Assembly (NCBI RefSeq): GCF_006345805.1 | Contig: NW_021835482.1 | Location: 1-64,000 of the forward strand | From: Octopus sinensis | Lineage: Eukaryota | Direction of reading: 5' to 3' | Length of the DNA: 64,000 bases | Shown: positions 13,401-26,591 of the stretch, in pieces | How positions within the stretch are numbered: the first letter of the stretch is position 1 | Layout: each line of letters opens with the position of its first letter | Notes under the pieces: model-generated | What the model was told of the DNA's origin: nothing | The model's database searches: none | What the model saw: only the letters and a program-made list of their open reading frames with translations | Program-made: the position numbers and the translations under genes

Positions 13401-13700
13401 GAGCAAAGACGTGGTATGATCAAATCCCAGCAGGAGTTACCGAGAATGAAGACTGCGAAATCCTGTAGGATGCAATGATTCAGTGTGAACAGAGGCGAGA
13501 CATCAGAAGCCAGACGTTGCTGTGGTGAGCGGAAAAGAGAACGCTTGCATGATAATCGCCATGGCATGTCCCGGTGACAACAGGACCAAAGAGAAAGAAG
13601 AAGAAAATGAACAACTATGACGAAATGAAGCGGGAAATACGCCGACTGTGGACAATGAAGAAGGTGGACGTGATACTGCTGACGTGGCTTAAAAAAGACT
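13401..13700 (+). mobile_element. R4/Dong-clade non-LTR retrotransposon relic (restriction-like endonuclease region)
   Basis: WYDQIPAGVTENEDCEIL*DAMIQC, then after frameshifts KPDVAVV...CMIIAMACPGDNRTKEKEEE and NYDEMKREIRRLWTMKKVDVI, matching the PD..D RLE C-terminus of R4/Dong ORFs. Confidence 0.8.
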
Positions 13701-14400
13701 GGTACAAATATGAAGAGAGAACGCCTACAAAGTTCATCATTGTTTGGGACTGGAAGGGTTCCCCGCAGCGTTCTTGAAATTTGATCACTAAATAAGTGTC
13801 ACCTTAGTTTGTTGGCTGTGGTTAGCTGACACATTCCATCAAACCGAGTAAAACATGCTGAAGGTTTTCATCAAATTAAAAGTAAAAGTTAAGATTTGTC
13901 ACTTCTTAAATGTGCTGGAAAATGGCAGTAACTGTTCCGCTAGCAATACACATAGAATCGTAGAGCTCCAAGAGACACTGGTGTTGCTAAAACCTAGTGA
14001 GCTTCTTAAAGAATAATACCAAAAGGCAAAACTTAGCAGTTAAATGTGGACGTTGCATTACAACACACGATGCTGCATGTGCACGACAAAATTCTAAATA
14101 AGGGTTTCTCTCGAGGTAAATATCGCAGTATTGCGTGTTCCAACACAACATCAACTTTTAAGCGATGATAAATTTTAGCTTTGGGCATTAATGGTGCTTC
14201 TTTTGTGTTGCATTGAGATCTTCAAGCAACGATATAGACAAATAGTTGAAGGAGATTGGAAGAGAATCTCCTGTAGAGCTACAACAGAAAGTTTGCATTT
14301 TAGGGCCAGGAAAGATTATCAGAAGGATTCTAAGTTTACAGGTATTAACCTGACCCCCACATAAATCCTACCACGAAGAAGTCTGAACCTGAGCCAAAAC

Positions 14401-14404
14401 TATA

Positions 14405-14470
<66 letters not shown>

Positions 14471-14495
14471 TAATAATAATAATAATAATAGTAAT

Positions 14496-14545
<50 letters not shown>
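14401..14545. repeat. (AAT)n plus (AGAT)n arrays
   Basis: Read directly. Confidence 0.95.
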
Positions 14546-14546
<1 letters not shown>

Positions 14547-15301
14547 CAACAGGCTTCTGTACATTTTTCCGAGCTCTTAATTCCACTGGTATATTTTTGG
14601 TCAATATCCTGCTTTGCCAGAAAACAATTGTGTAAAGCTTTACGATCGATCGCAGAACCATCAGGTTACTGTTTCCGCGCCCCTCCATTTACAATATATA
14701 CAACTAATAACTTAAATATGGAATTGTGGTTGGGGAGGGGGAGAATAAAAATATTCTCTTTCAAAGAAGAAAATTTCTGTTTTCATTATTGTTCGTATAT
14801 TTATCTTATACTTATTTGTTTTGGCTTTGAAAACTTGAAAATAATTTTGACGAATTTTAGAAAAAATCTTTGAAGACAGTAAACCTCCTTTATTTCCAAT
14901 GTTATCTTTGAAGAATTTTGGAGAAGCTTTAAAGAAAACTTTTCTTTCCTATATTATTTAGCTTTCTGTAATTCTTAACTAAACTAACTCGCAGATATTT
15001 TTTTTTAAACAAATTCCAACATTATTTCACTGACATTTTATTACTTCACGAAAATTATTATTTCATTTTTCCTTTATTTCTTTTTTTTATTTTTTGGCAA
15101 AAAAAATTTTGCTCTGAATTGAAATGTTTTAAATGTTTATATCATGAAGTGTAAGTAGAAACGCTACAAATATTCTTCTTCTAACATTCATACAACATTC
15201 ATACGCGCGTAGGTACGTGGGTGTACATATACGCATACATATATACATTATATGTTATATATATATATATGTATATATATGCATAAACATATACATATCA
15301 C

Positions 15302-15332
<31 letters not shown>

Positions 15333-15957
15333 TATATATTATACATATATATATCTATATATATATATATATATATTAATATATATATATATATATATTA
15401 TATATCATATGTGTGGTGTGTGTGTGTGTGGTATGTATGTATGTATGTGTTTATGTATGTATATATGTATGAATATATATATTGCATGCATATATAGGGC
15501 AAATTTGTTCTAGAATACCGTATATAATATGTTCTTTCTTGTTCCTTTTTGTTCTATTCCAAGTTAATTCTTCTAGAGATATTTCTTTTAACTTTATGGC
15601 AATAGTTCGAAGTCCGTTAGCCAAAGGTTGATAGTTCCAGGTATGCCAGTTCCAAGTCTGACGGCTTTTCTTCATCCATGCGTCCGCTACAGAAGAAAAA
15701 ATTCTATAACTCATATATATATATGAATATTTTGATAACATATGAAAATCAGGTTCGAATCACTCTTGGAAGATCTCAAGTCATCGTTCCTAGGATGTGG
15801 CAATAGGAAATGTTAAAAGGAACGCTAGGTAAATCATCGAACAGGTACACTTTCCGATTGCCTGAGATTTGTAAATACGGCTGTTTCTTGCGACTAGGGC
15901 AACTGATTTCGGTATCTATTAACACAGTAAGTTCAGATGGCTTATATGTATATTCAT

Positions 15958-15965
15958 ACATACAT

Positions 15966-16014
<49 letters not shown>

Positions 16015-16048
16015 AGATAGGTAGGTAGGTAAGGGGTAGGTGATAGAT

Positions 16049-16081
<33 letters not shown>

Positions 16082-16177
16082 CAAAGAGACAAACAGAATA
16101 GATAGAATATAGATAGATAGATAGATAGATAGATAGACAAGAGACAAACAGATAGATATATAGATAGATAGATAGAT

Positions 16178-16211
<34 letters not shown>

Positions 16212-16224
16212 TATAGATAGATAG

Positions 16225-16258
<34 letters not shown>

Positions 16259-16260
16259 AG
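15958..16260. repeat. (AGAT)n array
   Basis: Read directly. Confidence 0.95.
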
Positions 16261-16897
16261 ATATTATTATTAACAAAAATAATATTGTAAGTAGCTAGCA
16301 AGCATAAAATTACCAATAAAGGTAAAATCATTATTAATTTATAATCAGGGAACGAGATCGTACACAACATTGCTAGAAATAGGCGTCAAACGGCTTAAGA
16401 ACCACAGTAAATCGTTTATATACACACTGGTGCATTCGAGGAAAACGATTAAATAAAACGCCATTTTACCAATAGCGAGTAAAAATCGTAAATGAGTTGC
16501 AGACGTAATTATATCGCATCAACACATATACATAAGTTTACATATATACATATATACGCATGGTGTTCGTAAATCACCTCTCTAACCTCCACAATGTATT
16601 GTATTGTATCATCTGGATGTGTTGCGTGCAACCAACGAGGATCACATGGAAGTGTTCTGATGTTTGTAATAAATCTTTATTTTCCAGTAAGCCCTTCTGA
16701 GTTACCCTTATGTTTCATTTAATTTATAGACACATTGTATATGTATATTAAAAAGGAAAATGAAATGGAGTGACCAATTCGGGTTATGTCATAATTTTAC
16801 AACTGTTTCTTTTATATTTGATCTGAAAAGCATTGCTATATTATTATTACATAATGTGATATAACACATTGCTTCGGTATAAGTATACTAATTCCAA

Positions 16898-17105
16898 GGC
16901 GGCGAGCTAACAGAATCGTTAGCACGCCGGGCGAAATACTTAGTAGTATTTCGTCTGTCTTTATGTTCTGAGTTCAAATTATTTGCCTTTCATCCTTTCG
17001 GAGTCGATAAATTAAGTACCAGTTTGCGTACTAGAGTCAATCTGAACGACTGTCCCACTCCCCCGATAATTCTCTGCCTTGTGCGGAGAGCTGAAAAAAT
17101 TATTA
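16898..17105 (+). mobile_element. SINE family A monomer
   Basis: GGCGGCGAGCTAACAGAATCGTTAGCACGCCGGGCGAAAT head, B-box, core and GCCTTGTGC tail. Confidence 0.88.
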
Positions 17106-17804
17106 TACTAATACCAAAATATGTCGACTCCTCAGCTTTATGTATAAAATCCATTTGCTTGATCAACTTGTATACTCAAGAATATAAACCCTTCGTTCTA
17201 GATGTTTTTAGCGTTTCATTTGCATATCATAGTGAAAGCCAAGAAAGCAAACATATAGTAGGCAACAAATTCAAATTAATTGGAAGAAAAATTGGAAAAT
17301 CGAAGAATACAAAGGAATATAAGAAAAATATATAAATAAAAGAGCAGCTAAATGGGAGAAAAATCTGTTGTCTTCTATTTAATCTCACAATTCCGTTTGC
17401 ACTTATTTATTCTTCCCTATTCTCTTTGAATCATTCTATTTCTTGATCAGTTTGCTTTAAATATTCTATGCAAATAAAATGATAAAAATATCTCGAACGA
17501 AGCGTATCTATTCCAGGAAATACAAATTCTTCCTCCCGCAAATAGATTTTAGACATAAAACCTGAGGAGTCGATTTTTTTGTGGCAGCAGTAGAATGACA
17601 CTGATGCAATGTGTTGTTACATATGTTATAAGATAATCATATAACAATATTTTTCTGATAATGTAACCATGAAACAATTGTAAAATTATGTCATAGATTG
17701 AATTACTCAGTCCATTCCCCCAGTTGATATAAAAAAATCTCTTCGGATATTCTAGTTTTATACTTATATCTGATATACGGTATCTGTCGATCTGTCGACA
17801 AACT

Positions 17805-17843
17805 TGTGTGTATGTGTGTGCATATGTGTGTGTGTATGTATAA

Positions 17844-17935
<92 letters not shown>

Positions 17936-17936
17936 C

Positions 17937-17978
<42 letters not shown>

Positions 17979-17984
17979 TATATA

Positions 17985-18025
<41 letters not shown>

Positions 18026-18150
18026 TTATATATGTATATGATATATATATACGTGTACGTGGTGTGTGTATATGTTTATATATATATATATATATGTATA
18101 TATTATATATATTTGGTGTGTGTGTGTATGATATACAGGAATATATAAGT
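17805..18150. repeat. (TA)n/(TG)n compound array
   Basis: Read directly. Confidence 0.95.
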
Positions 18151-18670
18151 GCGTCTGTGTGCTTATCTGTTTCTGGTTTTATGTATCACCCTGTATTTAT
18201 TGATCTCTTTTACCTCTTCTTCTTCCTTCACCACTTCTTTTTCGCGAAATCCCATTCCTCCTCGCCCTCACTTTCTCTTTCTCCTCCTCATCTAACACTA
18301 CTCCACTTCTGGGTCTGCCCCCCACCCCCACACACACAGCTGCTCCGACTCACCATTTCGTAATTATAATTGCTATGCAACTGTTTGTTTGACACACCCA
18401 ATCAGTACCAAACAGCAAAAAACACCCAACTACGCCTCTTTTTGCACGTAAACATTCGTGTATGTGCGTGTGCGTGCGTGCGTGTGTGTGTGTATGTGTG
18501 TGTGTGCGTGCGTGTGTGTATGTGTGTGCGCGTGCATGTATCTGTCTGTGTGGGTGCGTGTGTATGTGTGTATCTGCTTGTCTGTCTGTCTGTTTGTATC
18601 AGTGTGTGTGTGCGTGCGTGCGTGTGTGTGCATGTGTATGTGTGTATCTGTCTATCTGTCTGTCTGCCTC

Positions 18671-18701
<31 letters not shown>

Positions 18702-18844
18702 GTTTGTATTGATTTACAGTTATAAAAGTGAAAATATAAATACATTACACAGAAACTAACACTATCAATCTATAACATATATACACATACATAAACACAC
18801 ACACGTATATATACACTCATACATATATGAATACAGACATACAT

Positions 18845-19000
18845 GCTTAGGAGTGGCTGTGTGGTAAGAAGCTTGCTTCCCAACCACATGGTTCCCGGTT
18901 CAATTCCCTTGCTTGGTAACTTGATCTCCAGCTATAGCCTCGGGCCGACCAAGAACTTGTCAGTGGATTTGGTAGATGGACACTGAAAGAAGCCTGTCAT
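18845..19000 (+). mobile_element. SINE family B, 5' half
   Basis: A-box TGGCTGTGTGG, B-box GGTTCAATTCCC, CTATAGCCTCGGGCCGACCAAG...GGATTTGGTAGA. Confidence 0.85.
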
Positions 19001-20362
19001 ATTTGTGTATATATGTAAGTGCACCTCTGTGTGTGTATGTGTATATGTGAGTGTAGCTCTCTGTGTCTGCGCGTGTGTGTGTGTATGTGTGTGTGCATAT
19101 GTGAGTGCGAGTGAGTGTGTGTATGTGTGCGTATATATGTGAGTGTGTGTATATATGTGTGTGTATATATGAGTGCTTTGTTTCCACCCACCATTTTACT
19201 GTGGCCACATTTCGCATTGTGATAAAAATGCTCACCCCTTAGGTAAGCGTACCTGAAGAAAAGTTAAGTTGAATTTATAGATTATAGATTCGAGTTACGT
19301 AAAACAAGTTTAGATTGGCTTGGAAAGATATGTAATACGGTTTTAATTTCTTTATTCCTCACACCTGTCGATTTATAGTCTCAGAATTAACAATCATTGT
19401 TGCTTAACTGTGAGTCGCCATCTTCTTAACGAAAATTCCATCAAATTCGATATGAGACGAACTGTGTAACGCATTGATTAATATAGTTCGTCTATCGATT
19501 ATCACCCGCTTTATGTCGTCTATACAAACCGTATACATGCTTGGTGGTAGCTAACCGCCTGTACAAAGATCCTTTCTGATATATCTCGGAAGGTGCTAAA
19601 ATTTTGATATAAGTACGCTGAATTAGCAGATAATGATATAAAAATCATAAAATTATATATAATTTCAATAAACTTAAATGCAACTGCAACAAACCACCCT
19701 TATTTAGGTGCTTCCAGTTGGCGTTCTACGACTCTAACCGTCTTCTGTTTCCATGAACTCGGTACCAAAAGTGCTTCTGATATTTTATTAGGAATCCCTG
19801 ATGAATGGGGTCGGAAGGAAGAGGAAAAGTTTCGCCTCCTCCATCGGATTTTTGTATATCATTTTCTTCCTTACATTTTGTGAACTTATATACATTGTGG
19901 TTTTTACCAGCAACATATCTTTCGCCTGGTTCTTATAACTGAATCCCTTGTCTCAAAACTTTGCGTGGTTTTCCCATATATATCCCTGCCAGTCATCTAC
20001 CGAGAACACGAAATCATAGTTTTTACTCCCAGTCGTGCCTTCGATTTGTCTTTTGGTTGGAGGTTGGACGGGTTTATCTTTTTTGCATTTCTCTCTACTC
20101 AGAAATTTCTTATTCCTGGACACTGTTTGTTTCCACATAATCGTCGCAGGATGAAGAAGTTGTAATTATTGTCGTGGCCATGTAAGGTGATCCTTAACCG
20201 TCGAGTTCTTGTCCTGGAAGAGAGACTAAGATTTTCTACTCTCCTTGGAAATAATAGCGTTGAGGCTCCGGGACCATTGTTTTTCTACTTGTTCTATTTC
20301 TCACTCTATCTATCTCTCGTTCTCCAGATCTCTATATATATATATATCCCCCGCTCTCTATG

Positions 20363-20409
<47 letters not shown>

Positions 20410-20439
20410 TACTCCTCTTGTTTTGTTCTTCTGAGTATA

Positions 20440-20700
20440 AGGATCTTGTGTGACCTTTGAAACCACACGTGTAGCAGATAGGTCTTCTGTCTTTTCGTAG
20501 CCTTTCCGATATAATTCTGTGATCTTAGAAAATCATTAGGATTCGTGTTTCTACCTTGACTCTACCAGACCACATTTCATTTCTGGCCTCTTCCGCCCTC
20601 ACAAATTGCCCGTATTATTCCCAAAACGTGATAACTTGCCAAGAGTTAATGCTGTTGCTTATACCGTTGGCTATGACCCTCATATTTCACCCATCGAAGT
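20440..20700 (-). mobile_element. Degenerate LINE ORF1-like relic with zinc knuckle (possibly L1/Tx1)
   Basis: Minus frame RKDRRPICYTCGFKGHTRS (CX2CX4H at 20476-20450, last Cys lost). The 19700-20280 block may be the same element. Confidence 0.4.
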
Positions 20701-21645
20701 GCTGCAACACCAGTACGAGAACCGCTGTGTGGCGCACCAGCTCGGTTTTTAACCTTCGTTTCGCCTTCAGTTTTAAAATTCAGATGCAGGAACGTACATC
20801 TGAATTTCTATGTTGAATAGGAGACGAGGTATTGGGAACGTTACGGGGGAAGATGTCAACATATATGGGAAAATCTTCCTCATCTTTGACGGTCTAAAAA
20901 TAGATGACTTTGAGTTGCTATTTTTCTTGAATAAAAGTACTTAGACAAGCAGAAAGTCTTTTCATATTAAATATTTAATTATAGCCAGGGCAAACCAGAA
21001 AATATTCTGCTTTGCTCTTAAATTAGTAAAGATTGCGTCTGTATGAAATTATTGTTGTTGTTGTTGCTGTTGCTGTTGATGCTTTTGTTTGCATTGCCAA
21101 GGTGAATATTCACAATAATATTTTCATTTTCTGTCAAAAAATCCTGATGTTTGCTCCTCATGAAATATTTATGTTTCACTGACACTAAATTACTTTTTCT
21201 TCCGTCTGCTTTCTATTCTCTTTTATTCCATTGAATTTCTCGAGGCAGACTTTGTTTCTTTGCTTAGCCGTAGCCATGTTAGACTGAATATAAACACCGC
21301 ATATTTATATTTAAAATATTTCAAAATGGCCGACTTTGTTTTTATTGCAGTTTATGACAAATATCAAGAGATGTTGAAGCCGGTTTCCCTGGAGGAAATG
21401 ATTTTTAAAAAAAGGTAAGGATTTATTCTTAAGTTCAACGATTAAGAAAAATCTATGGCATAATAATTCAGATGTTTTTCAATGCCTGGAAAAGGACAGT
21501 CTCCGTTGTCAGTCTTCTAATTCCTGTCTACAATGCATCCCACAAGACACGAGCAAACAGCTAAAGTTGCCTCACTGGGAAGTTAATGGATCGATTTTTA
21601 TAGCAAACACATATCACCTTAGTTATAGACTCTAGTTTCACTGAA

Positions 21646-21934
21646 GACTCGTGGCTTAGTGGTTAGGGTATTTCACTCACCATCGTAAAGTTGTGAGTTC
21701 GATACCTGATGGTATTTTGTGTCCTTGACAGCGACACTTTATTTCACGTTGCTTCACTTCATTCATTTTCGAAAATGAGCTGTACCTGTACCTTGAAGGG
21801 CCGACTTTGTCAAACTTTGTGTTACACTGAATCACCCCGAGAACCACGTTAAGGGTACACGTGTCTGTGGAGTGCTCGGTCACTTGCACGTTAATTTCAC
21901 GGGCAGGCTGCTGAGGTGTTCAGATCAACTGGAA
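21646..21934 (+). mobile_element. SINE family C2
   Basis: A-box TGGCTTAGTGG, B-box GAGTTCGATACC, CORE-like GTGTCCTTGACAGCGACACTTTATTTCACGTTGC. Confidence 0.88.
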
Positions 21935-22087
21935 ATGGCTGAGAGCCAGACTATGGCTTTGATAGGGAGAATTCCAAGTTCAGCGAATTAAAGACATTGG
22001 GAACATCAACAACACAACTCCCGATATTCCGTGTTGAGAGTTTATGACTGAAAACGGAGAGAATGAACCGAGGAAAAGGCGGATAAT

Positions 22088-22144
<57 letters not shown>

Positions 22145-22369
22145 TATGTGTGTATGTGTGTATATATGTGTGTGTGTGTGTATGTGTGTGTATGTGTGTA
22201 TGTGTGTGTGTGTGTGTGTGTGTATGTGTGTATGTGTGTGTGTGTGTGTATGTGCGTGTGTGAAGAAAAGTAGATAAAATAGAGATTAATCAATTACGTT
22301 GAAAAAAAGGTTGAATAGATGAGAAAATAATAGAAGATGGCAAAAGAAAGAAGACCGACGGAGAAAGTA

Positions 22370-22468
22370 TCAGACTTTTAAAGATAAGCACTAGCAACGA
22401 TTCAAGGCGGTGCCCCAGCATGGCCGCAGTCCTAAACATGAAACAAATTACCGATAAAAGAGAAATAA
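22370..22468 (+). mobile_element. Isolated SINE B / LINE 3' tail
   Basis: GGCGGTGCCCCAGCATGGCCGCAGTC...GAAAC...ATAAAAG. Confidence 0.7.
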
Positions 22469-22470
22469 AA

Positions 22471-22956
22471 GGCGCAGACGTGGCTGTGTGGTAAGAAGCT
22501 TGCTTCCCAACCACGTAGTTCCGGGTTCAGTCCCTCTACGTGACCATATGGCCAAGTGTCTTCTACTATAGCCTCGAGCCGATCAAAGCCCTGTGAGCGG
22601 ATTTGGTAGACGGAAACTAAATAAAGCCTGTCGTATATGTATGGGCACTGCAATGCCAACGGTTATATGCTAGAAGTAAATGTCAAATGTGTAGAAACCA
22701 CTCTAAATTTCTTCTCTATTTTATTAATAATACAAGGCCTCTATTAATAAATATCTGTGTGTGTATCTATCTATTTATATGTGTGTGTATTTGTGTCTAC
22801 GTTTGTCTCCCCAACCATCGGTTCGGCAAAAGATAGCGATGAAATAAACAAAAGACCTTGCAAATAATAAGTCCTGTGATAGATTTCTTCAGTTAAAACC
22901 CTTTAAGGCGGTGCTGTAGCATGATCGCACTCAAATGCCAGGAAGAAATAAAAGAA
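22471..22956 (+). mobile_element. SINE family B with internal insertion
   Basis: Head and core at 22471-22640; tail at 22785-22956 ending GGCGGTGCTGTAGCATGATCGCAC...AATAAAAG. Confidence 0.85.
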
Positions 22957-23738
22957 TCAAGAATAAAGGAAAAGAATTATGAAGCGTCAACATTTCCAAG
23001 GTCGATATCTTGCAAGAATGGTGAGGGATGAATAGATTGTGGCTTTAATAATGACTCAAATTGTTCAAAGTCTTTGAACTAGAAATCGAAATTGGATGTT
23101 TTGATTTTAAATCCATATCGTCAATGAGTAGGCAGAGAAAATGTCAAAATGAAATAATAAAACATGGCACATAAAGAAACAATTGTTCTCTTTATCTGTC
23201 GCCGTCCAGTGATTGCAAAGAGACAATATGGACACATTGATAGCCATAGCCATTTGGAAATATACGGGTACTTCCTCGTGGTATTGCAATGGGATAATCA
23301 AGCACTAAATCCGATATGTGACAATGATATGGCTACAAAAAAGATGAAAGAAAATTGACCAGATATTGTAACCAAACCACAGAGAAAAAATAATCTACTG
23401 CACTCGACAACATCTCGGTCACTTCCGGGAAGGAAATCGAAAAATCTATAAGAATTCAGGGAACTCAAAAGGATAAAGATTCTTATGAGGTGAATTAGAG
23501 CAAGTTGGAGTCCCATCACGATTGGTCAATGTGAAGCAACAAAGAAACAAAGTAGAACAAAGAGATAAATACAATGTACCGACTTTAAAAATAATAAATG
23601 TATTAATAATTAGTGTGTATAAATATATATATATATATATAGACTTAGATAAACTTAGATATGTTTCGACCAAAGATTGGTCCAGGCCATGTCTAACTTA
23701 ATAGCACCACCTGATAAATATATATTTATATATATATA

Positions 23739-23878
23739 CAGTAATGCCTCGAAATACGAGTTAATTCGTTCCTAGAGAACGCTCGTAAAGCAAAACTCGT
23801 AAATAGAAAATAAACTTGTAAAAGCTTGTAAAGCCGGGGGCCTCGTATAGCGAATCCTCGTAAAGTGAGGTTTTACTG
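23739..23878. mobile_element. 140-bp Tc1/mariner-superfamily (pogo/Tigger-type) MITE
   Basis: TA|CAGTAATGCCTCGAAATACGAG ... CTCGTAAAGTGAGGTTTTACTG|TA: imperfect 22-bp TIRs starting CAGTA, with TA on both sides. Confidence 0.8.
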
Positions 23879-23879
23879 T

Positions 23880-23913
<34 letters not shown>

Positions 23914-24035
23914 GTATACATACATATATGCATATATATATATACATGCATACTTATACATATATATATGTGTGTGTGTGTTTATAGATATATATATATA
24001 TATATATACATATATATACACATATATATATGTAT

Positions 24036-24078
<43 letters not shown>

Positions 24079-24230
24079 CACATCTATCGTTAATATTTGG
24101 TAAGTGCTAACGCACTAATCTAAACTCTCGACTTTTGAGTGTCTCTCTTCTACCTGATAATTTTAATTCAATAATACTACCGATGCCGTTCATAAAGTCA
24201 TTTCTGAATCTGATAACACACAACTTGCGC

Positions 24231-24233
24231 ACG

Positions 24234-24330
<97 letters not shown>
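24231..24330. repeat. Near-perfect (CA)n of about 100 bp
   Basis: Read directly. Confidence 0.98.
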
Positions 24331-24332
<2 letters not shown>

Positions 24333-26370
24333 ATGTCCCATATTCTACAAATTTGCACTCCACTACGAAAAACACAACCCAGATACCACATGTTCCCTAC
24401 AAATGGTGCTCAACCGGATTCCATCTGCTCCTTCTGAGTCCACAAAAGTGTTTAGGAACATGTTTAGGAACAAGAAATTGGTTTTATTTCTACGAAACAC
24501 AAATTATTTGAAGATCGTTTTTTTATATACGGAGGAGAGAAGACTCAATAAATCCCGCGGCCTGACCGGCTGCTATCAATTTGTGTCGGTCGCCGTCGAG
24601 ACGTCACGTGTTCTAGGAACCCCGCGCTACCGATTTCCTCCGAAAAATAGGGATAATGGCGGCTCGTCTGAGAAATGAGCTTCACTAGGTGGAGCGTCTG
24701 CTGCAGCAAGTGATGCTGGCCCTCTACGCGGCAACACCATGCGGGACACATTATTTTTTTCTGACCTGTGTGTCCCATCACCCCTTCCCATTCCATCGTC
24801 TACTGCTTCCCCAATTTTCCTTTTCTTTTCTTTATTTTCATTTCTTATCTCCTTTTTTCCTCTTTCTTTGTATTCTTGCCAAAAAGAAATGAATAACAAT
24901 TACCATTTCGCTTTTCAAAAGAGAATTCCTAATAAGATTTAATTTCCAAAATATAAAACTATTTTTTTAAGCATTGGAGAGCTATGAGGGTCTAATAGAG
25001 AGGAATAAGAATAAAACGGGTCGATAGGTATAAAATGGTTGAGGACCAAAACCCTAAACCATCATCAACCTTCGAGACCAGAACCCTATTTGATGTTAGA
25101 GAGCCTAAGACATCTGCATGCTTCTACGACTCAAACTTCCTAATTAAAAAGTCAAAATCAAAACCTATCATCAAAATTTCATTTGAATATGTTAATTAAT
25201 TTTCTTAAGCAACGCTAATTAATATATGTTAATATATGTTCCAGGGACCAGTTAATAATGACCAAGTTATTTTATTACCTTCTTCATTATATGCGAACTT
25301 AATTAAAACAAAGGGAGGCACTGGAAATATGGTAACAAAACAGTTGAAGCCTTTTAATCCGAATCCACTTGAGACGTCTCTTGATTCTATGATAGGAATC
25401 TCCGTTTTAAAGCGATCCAAATCGAAATATAACATTAAAATTTCACGTTAATTTCTGTTCCAACGACCAGGTTAATGACGACAAACTCACATCACTGAGT
25501 TTGTCTTTTACAAAATTAATTGAAATAAAAGGGGGGGGGGTTCAACAAGAAAAAGAAAGATGAGAAAAAGTTAGAAGTGGAACGAAACTGGAACCGGACA
25601 CAGCATGGATACACCTTCCATAAAACAGTGCTGCACACGGTCGCACACACACAGGAACACACACACACAAACACACACACACAAACACACACAAATACAA
25701 ACACACCCACACAAACACACAAACACACACAGAAACACAAACACACAAACACACACAAAAACACAAACACACAAACATACATACACACAAACACACACAA
25801 ACACAAATACACAATAAAAAAACACACACACAAACACACACACGAATATACAAAGAATCACACACGCACAAACCCCCACACAAAGACACATACACATATA
25901 CATACATAAACACGGAAGGGCTAACACACACACACACACACACACACACACCACACACACATACAGACGCACACACACACACACACATGCCAGCCATGTT
26001 GAGACGCTGCTGCACCTGGCGTTGCAGTGGAAGCATTAAACACACGCAACGCTTTTGCACCTGTCCCATTTTTAATTTCATTAAAAAAACATTTTTTTGC
26101 AACGATGATAATGAGACATTTGTTGATGTCGTTGCTGTTGCTGCTGCAGTTGTGATACTTGTTGTTGCTCTGGTTGTTGTTGTTGTTTATGTCTCGCCAT
26201 GTTTCCCCCCCCCATCACTATGCCGTCACGCCCACTTAATTAACACTGAAATCATAAACAACTATCGTTATCACCATCATTTGTGTTGTTGTCGTCGTCG
26301 TCGTTGGTTTCGTTGTAATTGTTGTTGTTGGTTTTTTACATCATTATCATTATTGTCATTATTATCATTG

Positions 26371-26409
<39 letters not shown>

Positions 26410-26591
26410 TATTATTATTATTATTATTATTGTATTATTATTATTATTATTATTAGTTATTAGTATTATTAGTATTATTATTATTAGTAGTAGTAGTAGT
26501 AGTAGTAGTATAGTAGTAGTCGTAGTAGTAGTAAGTAGTACAGTAGTAGTAGTAGTAGTAGTATAGTAGCAGCAGCATTATTATTATTATT

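Noticed and set aside
15500-15710. About 70-codon open minus frame (VADAWMKKSRQTWNWHTWNYQPL...)
   Set aside because: No recognisable homology or splice signals; within chance length.
21646-21720. SINE heads as possible tRNA genes (also 31293, 57551, 58313)
   Set aside because: A and B boxes are present, but there is no complete cloverleaf and each runs into a SINE body.
25480-25505. 10-bp hairpin GACAAACTCA/TGAGTTTGTC
   Set aside because: Expected by chance in 64 kb of AT-rich DNA; too short for a pre-miRNA.
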